DNA of 64,000 nt from Clostridiales bacterium (GCA_029007785.1 JAQXIM010000137.1:4429-68428), one strand, 5' to 3'. Shown: positions 1 through 8,375, counted from the stretch's first letter. Made by a program: numbers and translations. Notes: generated by a model from the sequence alone, not told the origin.

Positions 1-17
1 TTCAGCAATATCTGAAA

Positions 18-58
18 ACGGAGGCAGATTCACCCGACCGGTGAATGACTGCCTCCGT
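18..58. terminator. Long hairpin, likely a bidirectional intrinsic terminator (ends the minus-strand MerR gene and an off-window plus-strand gene)
   Basis: acggaggcag (18-27) pairs with ctgcctccgt (49-58). An inner attcacc/ggtgaat stem is also present. A T-rich tract follows on the plus strand and tttt follows on the minus strand. Confidence 0.6.
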
Positions 59-110
59 CTTCTCTTTTCCTTTTACAAAAATATTTGGTTTCCCAGACAA
101 TTACTTTTTG

Positions 111-851
111 TTATTCCTTGATTCCCTTCTGACAATAGATGCGGATAGCCTCTGCTGTAAAGGCGGCAGTTCCGGCTCCACCGGCCAGATCGATATTAGC
201 CATCATGGAAGCGTCTGCTGTATACATTTCTCCCAGACTTGCGAGAATCTGAGTGGAGCAGGGATAAAAATGAGAGGTAATATATTCCTGAAGTTTCTTT
301 ACCTGTTCCTGCGCTTCGGAGGAAGCAGGATCGGTTTTAAGAAGCTGACCGAAAACAACAAAATGATTCATAAATTCCTGTGTCATGGTTTGCTTGTCCT
401 CTTTCGTCCAGTTTTTGGATACACGCTCGTATTCCTGATATTCCTCTGTTTTTCCCCAGATATCTTTCGCCTGAGCGGCATAGTCATCAAAATCTTTTGT
501 ATTAAATGCTGAAAAATCCATTATTTTGTCTCCCTTCATTTGTATTTCACGAGCGAAAGCAATCAGATTTTCAAGATGTTCTTTCTTCAAGGTCAGCAGG
601 GCAATTTGCTGTTCCAGTGCTTTGTTTTTGTTAAAGTTAGTACTTTCCATAATTTCTTTGATTGTCTTTAAAGGAAACTGTAATTCCCGATACAGCAAGA
701 TTTGCTGAAGCTGTTCCAATGAGGCGGTATTATAGAGTCGGTAACCGGCAGTAGTATGACCGGATGGTTTGAAAAGACCGATCCGATCGTAATACTGCAG
801 TGTTCTTACGCTGATTCCTGTCAATTTGCTTACTTCATTTACTGTCATCAT
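111..851 (-). CDS. MerR-family transcriptional regulator with a TipAS-like C-terminal domain
   Basis: N-terminal MerR HTH (VSKLTGISVRTLQYYDRIGL, GYRLY). The C-terminus resembles TipAS (LASLGEMYTADASMMANIDLAGGAGTAAF). Confidence 0.9.
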   Translation of the reverse strand: MMTVNEVSKLTGISVRTLQYYDRIGLFKPSGHTTAGYRLYNTASLEQLQQILLYRELQFPLKTIKEIMESTNFNKNKALEQQIALLTLKKEHLENLIAFAREIQMKGDKIMDFSAFNTKDFDDYAAQAKDIWGKTEEYQEYERVSKNWTKEDKQTMTQEFMNHFVVFGQLLKTDPASSEAQEQVKKLQEYITSHFYPCSTQILASLGEMYTADASMMANIDLAGGAGTAAFTAEAIRIYCQKGIKE

Positions 852-876
852 GATGAATTCCCCCCCGTGTATTGAT

Positions 877-907
877 AGGATACACTATGACGTAATGTCA
901 GAGTCAA
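877..907 (-). promoter_or_regulatory. MerR-type promoter with a 19-bp spacer (-35 TTGACT, -10 TATCCT on the minus strand), likely autoregulatory
   Basis: The minus strand reads TTGACT-ctgacattacgtcatagtg-TATCCT. The spacer contains the dyad TGAC-attac-GTCA. It lies about 25 nt upstream of the MerR start at 851. Confidence 0.6.
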
Positions 908-1135
908 TAGATTTCAAAAAAATAATTGGAAGAGTCTTTGAAAAAGCGGCGGAGAAATTTGGAATGGATTATGCGAAAAAGCGGAAGAAGAATGGTAAGA
1001 AGTTTGATATAATAGGAAATGTTTGATACCGATTATGAAAAACGAGTATTCAGGATCCAGGATTTATGAGAAAATGGCTGAATAAGAAAACTGTGAAACA
1101 ACAGAGATATAACATAAAGTACAGGAGAAGGTGTT

Positions 1136-1678
1136 ATGGGACATTTTTATTTTACCAGACATGGACAGACCGTTTGGAATGTGGAAAATAAGATTTGTGG
1201 AGCAACAGACAGCCCTTTGACAGAAAAGGGACGGCAGCAGGCAAAGGAATTGGCACAGAGTATTATGGAACAGGGGATTGCCATAGATGAGATTCTCTAT
1301 TCTCCGTTGAGCCGGGCGGCAGACACAGCGAGGGAAATATCTGCGTTGACGGGAATTCCGGCAAGAGTGGAACCCAGATTGATGGAGCAGTGTTTTGGTA
1401 AATGGGAATCCACTCCGAGAGACGGGGCAGATTTTCGTAAGGAAAAAGAGAATTTTGCCATAAGTTTTGAAGGAGGAGAATCCATGCTGCATTTGTGTCA
1501 GCGGATTTATAATCTGATTGATGATATAAAAAAGGAGCCGGAGAAAGTATATTTGTTGGTTGCACATAATGGGATATCCCGTGCGATTCATTCGTATTTT
1601 TATGATATGAGCAATGAGGAGTACGCATCCTTTGGCATTAAAAACTGCGAGATTTGCCGGTACGACTGGCCTCAGTGA
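1136..1678 (+). CDS. Histidine phosphatase family protein (phosphoglycerate mutase / CobC-like)
   Basis: RHG catalytic motif near the N-terminus (FYFTRHGQTVWN), a later LLVAHNG motif, and a typical size of 180 aa. Confidence 0.85.
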   Translation: MGHFYFTRHGQTVWNVENKICGATDSPLTEKGRQQAKELAQSIMEQGIAIDEILYSPLSRAADTAREISALTGIPARVEPRLMEQCFGKWESTPRDGADFRKEKENFAISFEGGESMLHLCQRIYNLIDDIKKEPEKVYLLVAHNGISRAIHSYFYDMSNEEYASFGIKNCEICRYDWPQ

Positions 1679-1829
1679 TAAGAGAGCCGGGAAATATTCC
1701 GATTACAGACAGTAAAGTACAGGATGATTTTGTAACTGTCCGAATACATGATGCATTCTATAAACCGGGAAGCAGAAGATACTATTTGTAAACAGCGGAA
1801 GACAGGATACATTTTCCGGAGAAATGACA

Positions 1830-1955
1830 GATAAACAAGAAAGGAAACAAAAGAAACAAAACAAACAAGGCAAACCAAGGAAACAAGGCAAACCAAGGAA
1901 ACAAAGCAAACAAAGGAAACAAAGCGAACAAAGGAAATAAAGGAAACAAAGGAGA
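1830..1955. repeat. About 7 tandem units of 18 nt (9-nt sub-period CAARGNAAA). The tract is nearly T-free and ends in the SD of the YbaK-like gene.
   Basis: Units caaggcaaaccaaggaaa (1866-1883 and 1884-1901, identical), caaagcaaacaaaggaaa, caaagcgaacaaaggaaa and taaaggaaacaaaggaga (1938-1955), followed by acacc ATG at 1961. Confidence 0.9.
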
Positions 1956-1960
1956 ACACC

Positions 1961-2434
1961 ATGGCAATAGATAAAGTAAAAGAGTATTTGAAGCAGTATG
2001 GTATGGAGAATAGAATTCAGGAGTTTGAAGTGTCCAGTGCCACCGTGGAACTGGCTGCCAAGGCAGTAGGGGTGGAGCCCTGTCGAATTGCGAAAACCTT
2101 GTCTTTTATGGTAAAGGAAGGGCCTATTCTTGTTGTTGCGGCAGGCGATGCCCGGATTGATAATAAGAAATATAAAGCTCAGTTTCATACAAAGGCTAAA
2201 ATGCTGACAGCGGAGCAGGTGTTGGAGCTGATTGGACATGCTGTTGGAGGGGTTTGTCCCTTTGGTATTAAGGATGGCGTAACGGTTTATCTGGATGAGT
2301 CGTTGAAACGGTTTGAAACGGTTTTTCCTGCCTGTGGAAGTGCCAACAGTGCCATTGAATTGACGATACCGGAACTGGAAGAATGCTCACGCTATGAAGC
2401 GTGGGTAGATATCTGCAAAGAAGAAGTCGAATGA
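1961..2434 (+). CDS. YbaK/EbsC-type aminoacyl-tRNA deacylase domain protein
   Basis: 157 aa. The pattern TVELAAKAVGV...IAKTL.F...GPILVVAAGDARID.KK...GGVCPFG is typical of the YbaK/ProX editing domain. Confidence 0.8.
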   Translation: MAIDKVKEYLKQYGMENRIQEFEVSSATVELAAKAVGVEPCRIAKTLSFMVKEGPILVVAAGDARIDNKKYKAQFHTKAKMLTAEQVLELIGHAVGGVCPFGIKDGVTVYLDESLKRFETVFPACGSANSAIELTIPELEECSRYEAWVDICKEEVE

Positions 2435-2457
2435 GAATGTTTCTTTTCCGAAACACA

Positions 2458-2512
2458 AGAAAGCCTCTCCCTTTGATGTAAAAGATCATTCAGAGGAAGA
2501 GGCTTTCTTTTA
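2458..2512. terminator. Hairpin between the convergent YbaK-like and PucR genes
   Basis: agaaagcctct (2458-2468) pairs with agaggctttct (2498-2508) and is followed by tttt. Confidence 0.5.
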
Positions 2513-2598
2513 TGATGGATATGCAGCCATAAGAATCAGATATCTTTATGATTTTATGATGGATATGCAGCCGTAAGAATCAGATATCTTTATGAAAT
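2511..2598. repeat. 44-nt direct repeat, two tandem copies (42/44 identical), abutting the PucR stop codon
   Basis: tatgatggatatgcagcc[a/g]taagaatcagatatctttatga occurs at 2511-2554 and 2555-2598. Confidence 0.9.
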
Positions 2599-3771
2599 TC
2601 AGGAGGTTTCCTCGAAAATTTGCCGGAGCTGAGAGGTCAGGGAAATGACTTCATGAAAGCGAATGGGATCCTGCTCCAGGCCAAGGGCATGTTTGATTTT
2701 ATTCATGCGATAACGAACTGTGTTTTCATGCTGGAATGTCTGTGCTGCCGTTTTTTTATAGTCTCCCGCATTGGCGACAAAAAGTTCTGCCGTTTTCAGA
2801 AAATCATTCACGGATTCACCGGATACATGTTTGCTGACAGTAGTCACATAGGCCTGATAGAAATCACGGGCTTCTCGGGAATCTCGGACCGAAAAAAGAA
2901 GCTGCTCCGGATTCAGGGGCTCATAATTATAGCGGAAAGCATTTGTGGAAATAGCAGTCCGCAGGGCACTTCCGCCTTCTTCCAGAACCTGTCGGATCTC
3001 TTCCTTTTTATGGATGCGGCTTACACCAATATGGATATCGGAAAGATGATTTCCCAGATTTTCAATCACATGACTGCAATGAAGCAGCAGATTTTCTTCA
3101 TCTGCATCACTGAGGATGAAAGTCAAGTGATTTTCCAGAACAAGAATCTGGGAAGGAGAAGCCTGATATTTTTGAAGAAGTTCCAGGGCAGAAAATTCCG
3201 TGTGGAAGGTTCCCTTGGCAAAAACAGCAGCAATGTAGGAGTCCAGGAGTGGTGACATGTCATGGAGAAGATCCTGCTGTTCCAATTTGCTGTGACTTAA
3301 TCGTATGTGTTCCAGTCGAAGAGTATTCAGGGTATTGGCATTATTTATGAAAAGATAGCGGTTTATTTCATTCATGATTACAGCATAGGATATACTCTCA
3401 CCAAGAACAACCAGAGGAAAAGCATGCTCATCACAGAACTGCAGTACTTCCTCTGTCAGGACTTCCAGATGACCGGTGGGAACAATAATCAATCCCGCAC
3501 ATTGATAATAAATGAAGCTTTCCAGATAGTTCATGAGCTGTGGGTCATGGACATGAAATTGATCCAGACAGGAAATATATACATCATCCTTTTCCAAAAT
3601 ACCGTCATGAATGATATCAGGATGATAGTGACAATCGCAGACAGAAACCTGTCTGACAGCATGATCCAGTCCGTTTTCCCCCGCCAGAATTTGATATCCC
3701 TGAAAACGATGACTTTTTAATATTTCTCGAAATGATACTTCCATACTCTTGATGGTACATAAATGTACCAC
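2599..3771 (-). CDS. PucR/CdaR-family transcriptional regulator
   Basis: 390 aa. The C-terminal PucR-type HTH reads KKTAAQTFQHENTVRYRMNKIKHALGL. Confidence 0.8.
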   Translation of the reverse strand: MVHLCTIKSMEVSFREILKSHRFQGYQILAGENGLDHAVRQVSVCDCHYHPDIIHDGILEKDDVYISCLDQFHVHDPQLMNYLESFIYYQCAGLIIVPTGHLEVLTEEVLQFCDEHAFPLVVLGESISYAVIMNEINRYLFINNANTLNTLRLEHIRLSHSKLEQQDLLHDMSPLLDSYIAAVFAKGTFHTEFSALELLQKYQASPSQILVLENHLTFILSDADEENLLLHCSHVIENLGNHLSDIHIGVSRIHKKEEIRQVLEEGGSALRTAISTNAFRYNYEPLNPEQLLFSVRDSREARDFYQAYVTTVSKHVSGESVNDFLKTAELFVANAGDYKKTAAQTFQHENTVRYRMNKIKHALGLEQDPIRFHEVISLTSQLRQIFEETS

Positions 3772-3963
3772 TCATCCTTTCTTTCAATCCCATAGATCTT
3801 CATATAAATAAATGAAATCAAAACACTTGTACGAGTGGATTGGCCTATCTATGTATTTTTATTGTACCACATAATAATTTTTTCGTGTATGAAAAATTAG
3901 CAAACTGATCATGCGGAAATACAGGTTTTCGATCATTATGAATGGGTAATGATCAATAAACCA

Positions 3964-3997
3964 GAGAAATCCGCTCTTTAGGGAAGAGCGGATTCTC
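3964..3997 (-). terminator. Hairpin downstream of the TrpB2-like gene
   Basis: gagaaatccgctct / agagcggattctc inverted repeat, 30 nt after the stop at 4027. Confidence 0.55.
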
Positions 3998-4026
3998 AGG
4001 AGTTTATTCATAAAATAATGCTTGTA

Positions 4027-5409
4027 TTATTCATTTCCGGGAAAGGCCGGGATGGCATTTAAGCTGGGTTTCAGATCCTCGTCGCTGGGAATTTCATCGT
4101 GCATAGTACGATTATTGTACTGTTCATAAGCCAGCATATCGAAATAACCGGTTCCTGTGAGACCGAAAAGGATAGTTTTTTCTTCGCCGGTTTCTTTGCA
4201 TTTCAATGCTTCATCGATGGCAGCGCGGATGGAGTGACTGCTTTCCGGTGCCGGGAGAATGCCTTCGTATTGGGCAAAGATAGTGGCAGCTTCAAATACG
4301 GAAGTCTGCTCTACGGTTCTGGCTTCCATAAAGCCGTCATGATACAACTGAGACAGAATCGGGCTCATGCCGTGGAAACGAAGACCTCCGGCATGGTTGG
4401 GAGAAGGAATGAATCCGCTTCCCAGGGTGTACATTTTTGCCAGAGGGCATACCATACCGGTGTCGCAGAAATCGTATACAAATTTGCCGCGGGTAAAACT
4501 GGGGCAGGAAGCCGGTTCTACGGCAATAAAGCGATAATCTCGTTCGCCGCGCAGTTTTTCACCCATGAAAGGAGCAATCAAGCCGCCAAGATTGGAGCCG
4601 CCGCCGGCACAGCCGATAATAATATCCGGTACAACACCGTATTTGTCCAAAGCTTTTTTTGCTTCCAGGCCGATTACGGACTGGTGAAGCAGTACCTGAT
4701 TCAGTACGCTTCCCAGTACATAGCGATAACCGGGAGCAGAGGTGGCTGCTTCTACTGCCTCGGAGATGGCACAGCCAAGGGAACCGGTGGTACCGGGGTG
4801 TTCTGCCAGAATTTTTCTTCCTACAGCAGTTGTATCGGAAGGGGAAGGCGTTACGGAAGCTCCGTATGTACGCATTACTTCACGGCGGAAGGGTTTCTGT
4901 TCATAGGAAACTTTAACCATGTATACTTTGCAGTCCAAACCGAAATAAGCACAGGCCATGGATAAAGCAGTACCCCACTGTCCGGCTCCGGTTTCCGTTG
5001 TAACACCTTTCAGTCCCTGCTTCTTTGCATAATAAGCCTGGGCAATGGCGGAATTCAGTTTATGGCTGCCGCTGGTATTATTACCTTCGAATTTATAGTA
5101 GATCTTTGCCGGTGTTCCCAATGCTTTTTCCAGGTTGTAGGCACGGACAGTGGGAGAGGGGCGATACGTTTTGTAATATTCCTGAATTTCTTCGGGAATA
5201 GGAATAAAAGCATCGGTATCATTAAGTTCCTGATCAATCAGATCATCACAGAATACACCGGCCAGTTCTTCTTTTGTCATGGGCTGAAGAGTACCGGGAT
5301 TCAGCAAAGGAGCCGGTTTTTCCTTCATATCAGCACGCATATTGTACCAGGAAGTGGGAATTTCTTTCTCTTCTAAGTAGATTTTGTAAGGAATTTTTTT
5401 CTCTGTCAT
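4027..5409 (-). CDS. TrpB-like PLP-dependent enzyme (tryptophan synthase beta, type 2 / TrpB2 family)
   Basis: 460 aa. PLP-lysine motif NNTSGSHKLNSA, glycine loop GCAGGGSNLGG, and the long N-terminal extension typical of TrpB2. Confidence 0.85.
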   Translation of the reverse strand: MTEKKIPYKIYLEEKEIPTSWYNMRADMKEKPAPLLNPGTLQPMTKEELAGVFCDDLIDQELNDTDAFIPIPEEIQEYYKTYRPSPTVRAYNLEKALGTPAKIYYKFEGNNTSGSHKLNSAIAQAYYAKKQGLKGVTTETGAGQWGTALSMACAYFGLDCKVYMVKVSYEQKPFRREVMRTYGASVTPSPSDTTAVGRKILAEHPGTTGSLGCAISEAVEAATSAPGYRYVLGSVLNQVLLHQSVIGLEAKKALDKYGVVPDIIIGCAGGGSNLGGLIAPFMGEKLRGERDYRFIAVEPASCPSFTRGKFVYDFCDTGMVCPLAKMYTLGSGFIPSPNHAGGLRFHGMSPILSQLYHDGFMEARTVEQTSVFEAATIFAQYEGILPAPESSHSIRAAIDEALKCKETGEEKTILFGLTGTGYFDMLAYEQYNNRTMHDEIPSDEDLKPSLNAIPAFPGNE

Positions 5410-5486
5410 TTGGTTTTACCTCCCGCATTTTCATTATGTTGAGATCAGAATATTTTGATTTCAACATTTTTATGGGATTAGGCAAA

Positions 5487-5750
5487 TAAAAAAGCCCTTA
5501 TCCCATACACGAATTGTGTTGGGACAAGAGCGATAACTCCTGCGGTGCCACCCAATTTGATGCAATGCATCCACTCAAGGCATTCTGACAAATGCCGCCT
5601 TTTGATAACGAAGAGGAACTCCGGCTCACCTACTTTATCTTCAGTTTGCTCTCCGGGACCCATTCCAATGGAGGCTGTCTGCATCGGTCACACCATTCCG
5701 ATACTCTCTGGGAGACAGGGATTCCTTGTACTTACATCCCATCAACGATT
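5487..5750 (-). promoter_or_regulatory. T-box leader (tRNA-sensing riboswitch), probable Trp specifier, controlling the TrpB2-like gene
   Basis: Minus-strand elements are a GA/K-turn (TGATGggatgtaAGTA), an AGAGAG bulge, a GGTGTGA distal loop, GAA-UGG-G (UGG at 5660-5662), and the T-box AAATTGGGTGGCACCGCA (5541-5558). A terminator hairpin (about 5494-5534) and a U-run (5488-5493) follow. Confidence 0.85.
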
Positions 5751-5756
5751 TCCTGC

Positions 5757-5785
5757 ATTTTATCATGATAAAGTGGTAGTGTCAA
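5757..5785 (-). promoter_or_regulatory. Sigma-A-like promoter for the T-box/TrpB2 transcript
   Basis: The minus strand reads TTGACA (5780-5785), a 17-nt spacer, then TAAAAT (5757-5762). Confidence 0.65.
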
Positions 5786-6097
5786 GTAGTGAAAACAGAA
5801 AAAGTTAAAAAAAATTTGAGATGTCGGACAAAAAAATAATACAAATAAAGGTGACGTAATACGCATGGAATCAGACGGTGAAATCCGGTAACTTGCAAGA
5901 GAAATAATATGGATAGGTGAATCGTCCTTTCATCATTATCAGGGTTATGGTATAATTTTACGGAGGCTGCAGTGGGGGAAAGAAACAGAACTCATGAAAA
6001 AAAGCAGAACATAAATGAAATTGGATAAATATTAAAAATTGTTCATGGTCCGGGAATAAAAATGACAAAAATTATTCCTGAAAAACGGAAAAACGAA

Positions 6098-6128
6098 TTG
6101 ACTTTCCTGCTGCCGGAAGGTGTAGACT
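6098..6128 (+). promoter_or_regulatory. MerR-type promoter with a 19-bp spacer upstream of the membrane-tethered MerR gene
   Basis: TTGACT (6098-6103), spacer ttcctgctgccggaaggtg (19 nt, dyad TTCC..GGAA), then TAGACT (6123-6128). Confidence 0.6.
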
Positions 6129-6148
6129 GATTCCAGGGAGGTGAAAAG

Positions 6149-6799
6149 GTGCATATCAATGAAGTAGAGCGTTTGGTTGACATTACGAAAAAGAATATTC
6201 GTTTTTATGAGGAGCAGGGGCTGCTCCAGCCGGCAAGAAATGAAGGAAATCGTTATCGGGAGTATTCCGAAGAGGATGTGGCCAAACTGAAAAAAATCAA
6301 ACTGCTTCGAATGCTGGGGGTTCCTATCAGCGAAATTCGACGGGTCATAGAAGAGAATATTCCCCTGGAAGATTGTCTGGAACGTCATATGATATCTCTG
6401 CGGCGTCAGGAAAAAAGTCTTCAAAAGATGCAGGAAATGTGTCGGGAAATTATGGACGCCAGGGAAATTTTTTCTGAGATTGATGCAGAATCCTATCTGA
6501 TCCGAATGAATGAGATGGAAAAAGAAGGGGTGATGTTTGTGGAAACAAAGAAAGAAGATAAACGGAGCAAAAAGAAAAGTGCCATTATCGCCGGCAGCGT
6601 TATGATCCTTCTTATGATATTGTGCATTTGTCTGTTTGCCTGGTGTGCCTGGGGAGTTGCAGAGGATCCTATGCCTGTTGGAATGTTTATAGCCTTTAGT
6701 CTTGGGATCATTGTTGTGATTGTAGGTGTGCTGCTGTCTTTGCGTATGCGGCTCAAGGAAATCGAGAAAGGGGAAATATATGAAGCTTCTAAATATTGA
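6149..6799 (+). CDS. MerR-family regulator with two C-terminal transmembrane helices (membrane-tethered)
   Basis: GTG start. MerR HTH (VERLVDITKKNIRFYEEQGLL, YREY), then a coiled region and hydrophobic stretches (AIIAGSVMILLMILCICLFAWCAW and GMFIAFSLGIIVVIVGVLLSL). Confidence 0.8.
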   Translation: MHINEVERLVDITKKNIRFYEEQGLLQPARNEGNRYREYSEEDVAKLKKIKLLRMLGVPISEIRRVIEENIPLEDCLERHMISLRRQEKSLQKMQEMCREIMDAREIFSEIDAESYLIRMNEMEKEGVMFVETKKEDKRSKKKSAIIAGSVMILLMILCICLFAWCAWGVAEDPMPVGMFIAFSLGIIVVIVGVLLSLRMRLKEIEKGEIYEASKY

Positions 6800-7091
6800 T
6801 TATGTGCCTGGAAAGGAAATTGAGGCACTGGAAATGGTGAAGGGAACCGTTGTTATGTCCAAAAATCTGGGAAAAGATTTTATGGCAGGAATGAAAACGC
6901 TGGTAGGCGGCGAGCTTTTTGGATATACGGAAATGCTGAATGAAGCACGTCAGATCGCCACGAAACGTATGGTAGATGAGGCGGAAGCTCTTGGGGCTGA
7001 TGCCATTGTTAATATTCGATATGGTTCTTCGGCTGTAATGAGCGGAGCTGCTGAGGTGGTTGCCTATGGTACGGCTGTCAAGTTTAAATAG
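6780..7091 (+). CDS. YbjQ/UPF0145 family protein (putative heavy-metal-binding domain)
   Basis: 103 aa. The motif GELFGYTEMLNEAR..A..RM...A.ALGADAIVNIRY is typical of YbjQ. SD gaaagggg lies upstream, and the start overlaps the end of the MerR gene by 20 nt. Confidence 0.8.
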   Translation: MKLLNIDYVPGKEIEALEMVKGTVVMSKNLGKDFMAGMKTLVGGELFGYTEMLNEARQIATKRMVDEAEALGADAIVNIRYGSSAVMSGAAEVVAYGTAVKFK

Positions 7092-7239
7092 AAGGATGAT
7101 TCCTTTCAGGTTTAAGGGATATTAACTCAAAACATATTTCAGCAGAGAAGGAAAGAATGTCCCTGCATTTCGAATAAAAGATTTTTTGCCGGGAAAAATA
7201 AATATCCATGCAAAAATCAGTATGGCAGGAGGCATTGTG

Positions 7240-7449
7240 ATGAAGAGTATACTAATTTGTGATACAACCAGAGAGGAAAGGGAAGAAATTATTCGCCAGT
7301 CTTTGGATTGCGGGGATGGCTGTGAAAATTGTTCCTCCTGTTGGCTGGGAGGAGGCAATCCCTTCGAGATGTATCAGCCCTATATTGATGGGGAAAAGGA
7401 AATCGCAGAAATCAACAGGGAATATCATGCCAGATATCTGCGTGGTTAA
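7240..7449 (+). CDS. Small Cys-rich hypothetical protein (69 aa, CGDGCENCSSC cluster)
   Basis: AGGAGG SD lies 7 nt upstream of the ATG at 7240, and a terminator follows immediately. No family was recognised. Confidence 0.5.
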   Translation: MKSILICDTTREEREEIIRQSLDCGDGCENCSSCWLGGGNPFEMYQPYIDGEKEIAEINREYHARYLRG

Positions 7450-7450
7450 A

Positions 7451-7501
7451 GAAGGAAGAAGATACCCGGTGGAAAACGGATATCTTCTTCCTTCTTTTTT
7501 C
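7451..7501 (+). terminator. Intrinsic terminator (may also serve the convergent MBL gene)
   Basis: gaaggaagaagata (7451-7464) pairs with tatcttcttccttc (7481-7494) and is followed by ttttttt. Confidence 0.8.
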
Positions 7502-7535
7502 AGTACATACAATTCTTTAAAACTGAGTGGGATCA

Positions 7536-8375
7536 TTAAAGCTGGATTTCCATACCGGAATAAAGGGCAGTCATACGATCTCCCATGATTTCCCGGAGCC
7601 ACTCAAAAGCAATCTGTCCGGTGCAGTGACCGGAATAAAAAACGGTGCCTTCCAAACGGTTCAATTCTTCGGCAACTTTCTGAACTTCTTCTTTTTCAAA
7701 CTGGCAGGTGCAGACTCCGTCGGGTCCCATCATATGGAAACCACCGAAGAAAGCCTTGATCTTTTTATCCGGGAATTTCTGATTGACTTCTTTTACAATA
7801 TTCTCAACTCCTCCGTGGGAACAGCTGTTGAATAAGACAAGGCCGTCTTCTTCCTCGAAAACAATGGTCTGTTCATGGGAAAAATCATCGATATGGATTT
7901 GTCCATTCTTTTCCACATACATATGGGCACGCTTTCCCCGGAGGGAGAGCTCTTTCGTCGTGTGGGGCAAAATATGAATACCATTTCCAAGGCTGCGATA
8001 TCCGTCCACATAAATCATACGATTCTCGTAGTTTTCCAGAACCTCGGAAGGGATTCCGATATATTTTTTCATATCACCAACGATTTTATAACAGCGACAG
8101 TATCCGGCACTTTTCTGAAGATAAACGCCGGCTTTTTCATTTGCTTTGAAAAAAGGAAGAAATCCGCCGGAATGATCATAGTGAGCATGGGACAGGAACA
8201 CCCCTTCCACCTCAGCCAGATTCAATCCCATTTTCCGGGCATTTTCGGTGTAAAGATCGGTTGCACCAGTGTCAACCAGATAATGATTTCCTTTGTAGGT
8301 AATCCATATGGAAAGGCCGTGTTCGCAGGCCATTCCGTTTTTTGCTGTATCCTCAACAAGAACTTTTACTTCCAT
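7536..8375 (-). CDS. MBL-fold metallo-hydrolase (COG1237-like)
   Basis: HxHxDH motif SHAHYDHSGG, and N-terminus VKVLVEDTA...EHGLSIWI typical of COG1237. An alternative upstream start is at 8414. Confidence 0.85.
   Translation of the reverse strand: MEVKVLVEDTAKNGMACEHGLSIWITYKGNHYLVDTGATDLYTENARKMGLNLAEVEGVFLSHAHYDHSGGFLPFFKANEKAGVYLQKSAGYCRCYKIVGDMKKYIGIPSEVLENYENRMIYVDGYRSLGNGIHILPHTTKELSLRGKRAHMYVEKNGQIHIDDFSHEQTIVFEEEDGLVLFNSCSHGGVENIVKEVNQKFPDKKIKAFFGGFHMMGPDGVCTCQFEKEEVQKVAEELNRLEGTVFYSGHCTGQIAFEWLREIMGDRMTALYSGMEIQL

Noticed and set aside
45-512. 155-aa plus-strand ORF
   Set aside because: It is antisense to the MerR/TipAS gene and starts inside the terminator hairpin.
826-1026. 66-aa ORF between the MerR and histidine phosphatase genes
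   Set aside because: It has a TTG start inside the MerR coding region and runs across the MerR promoter. It has no SD and K-rich filler sequence, so it is probably not a gene.
1672-2239. Minus-strand ORFs with FVSFVCFVSLVCLV-type repeats
   Set aside because: They are simply the reverse-complement translation of the 18-nt tandem repeat at 1830-1955, and one of them overlaps the YbaK-like gene. They are not genes.
5946-6097. Extended -10 promoter (TGgTATAAT near 5946) with several 6-22-codon mini-ORFs before the second MerR promoter
   Set aside because: The promoter-like box is plausible, but none of the mini-ORFs has a convincing SD. I cannot distinguish a leader from noise without transcript data.
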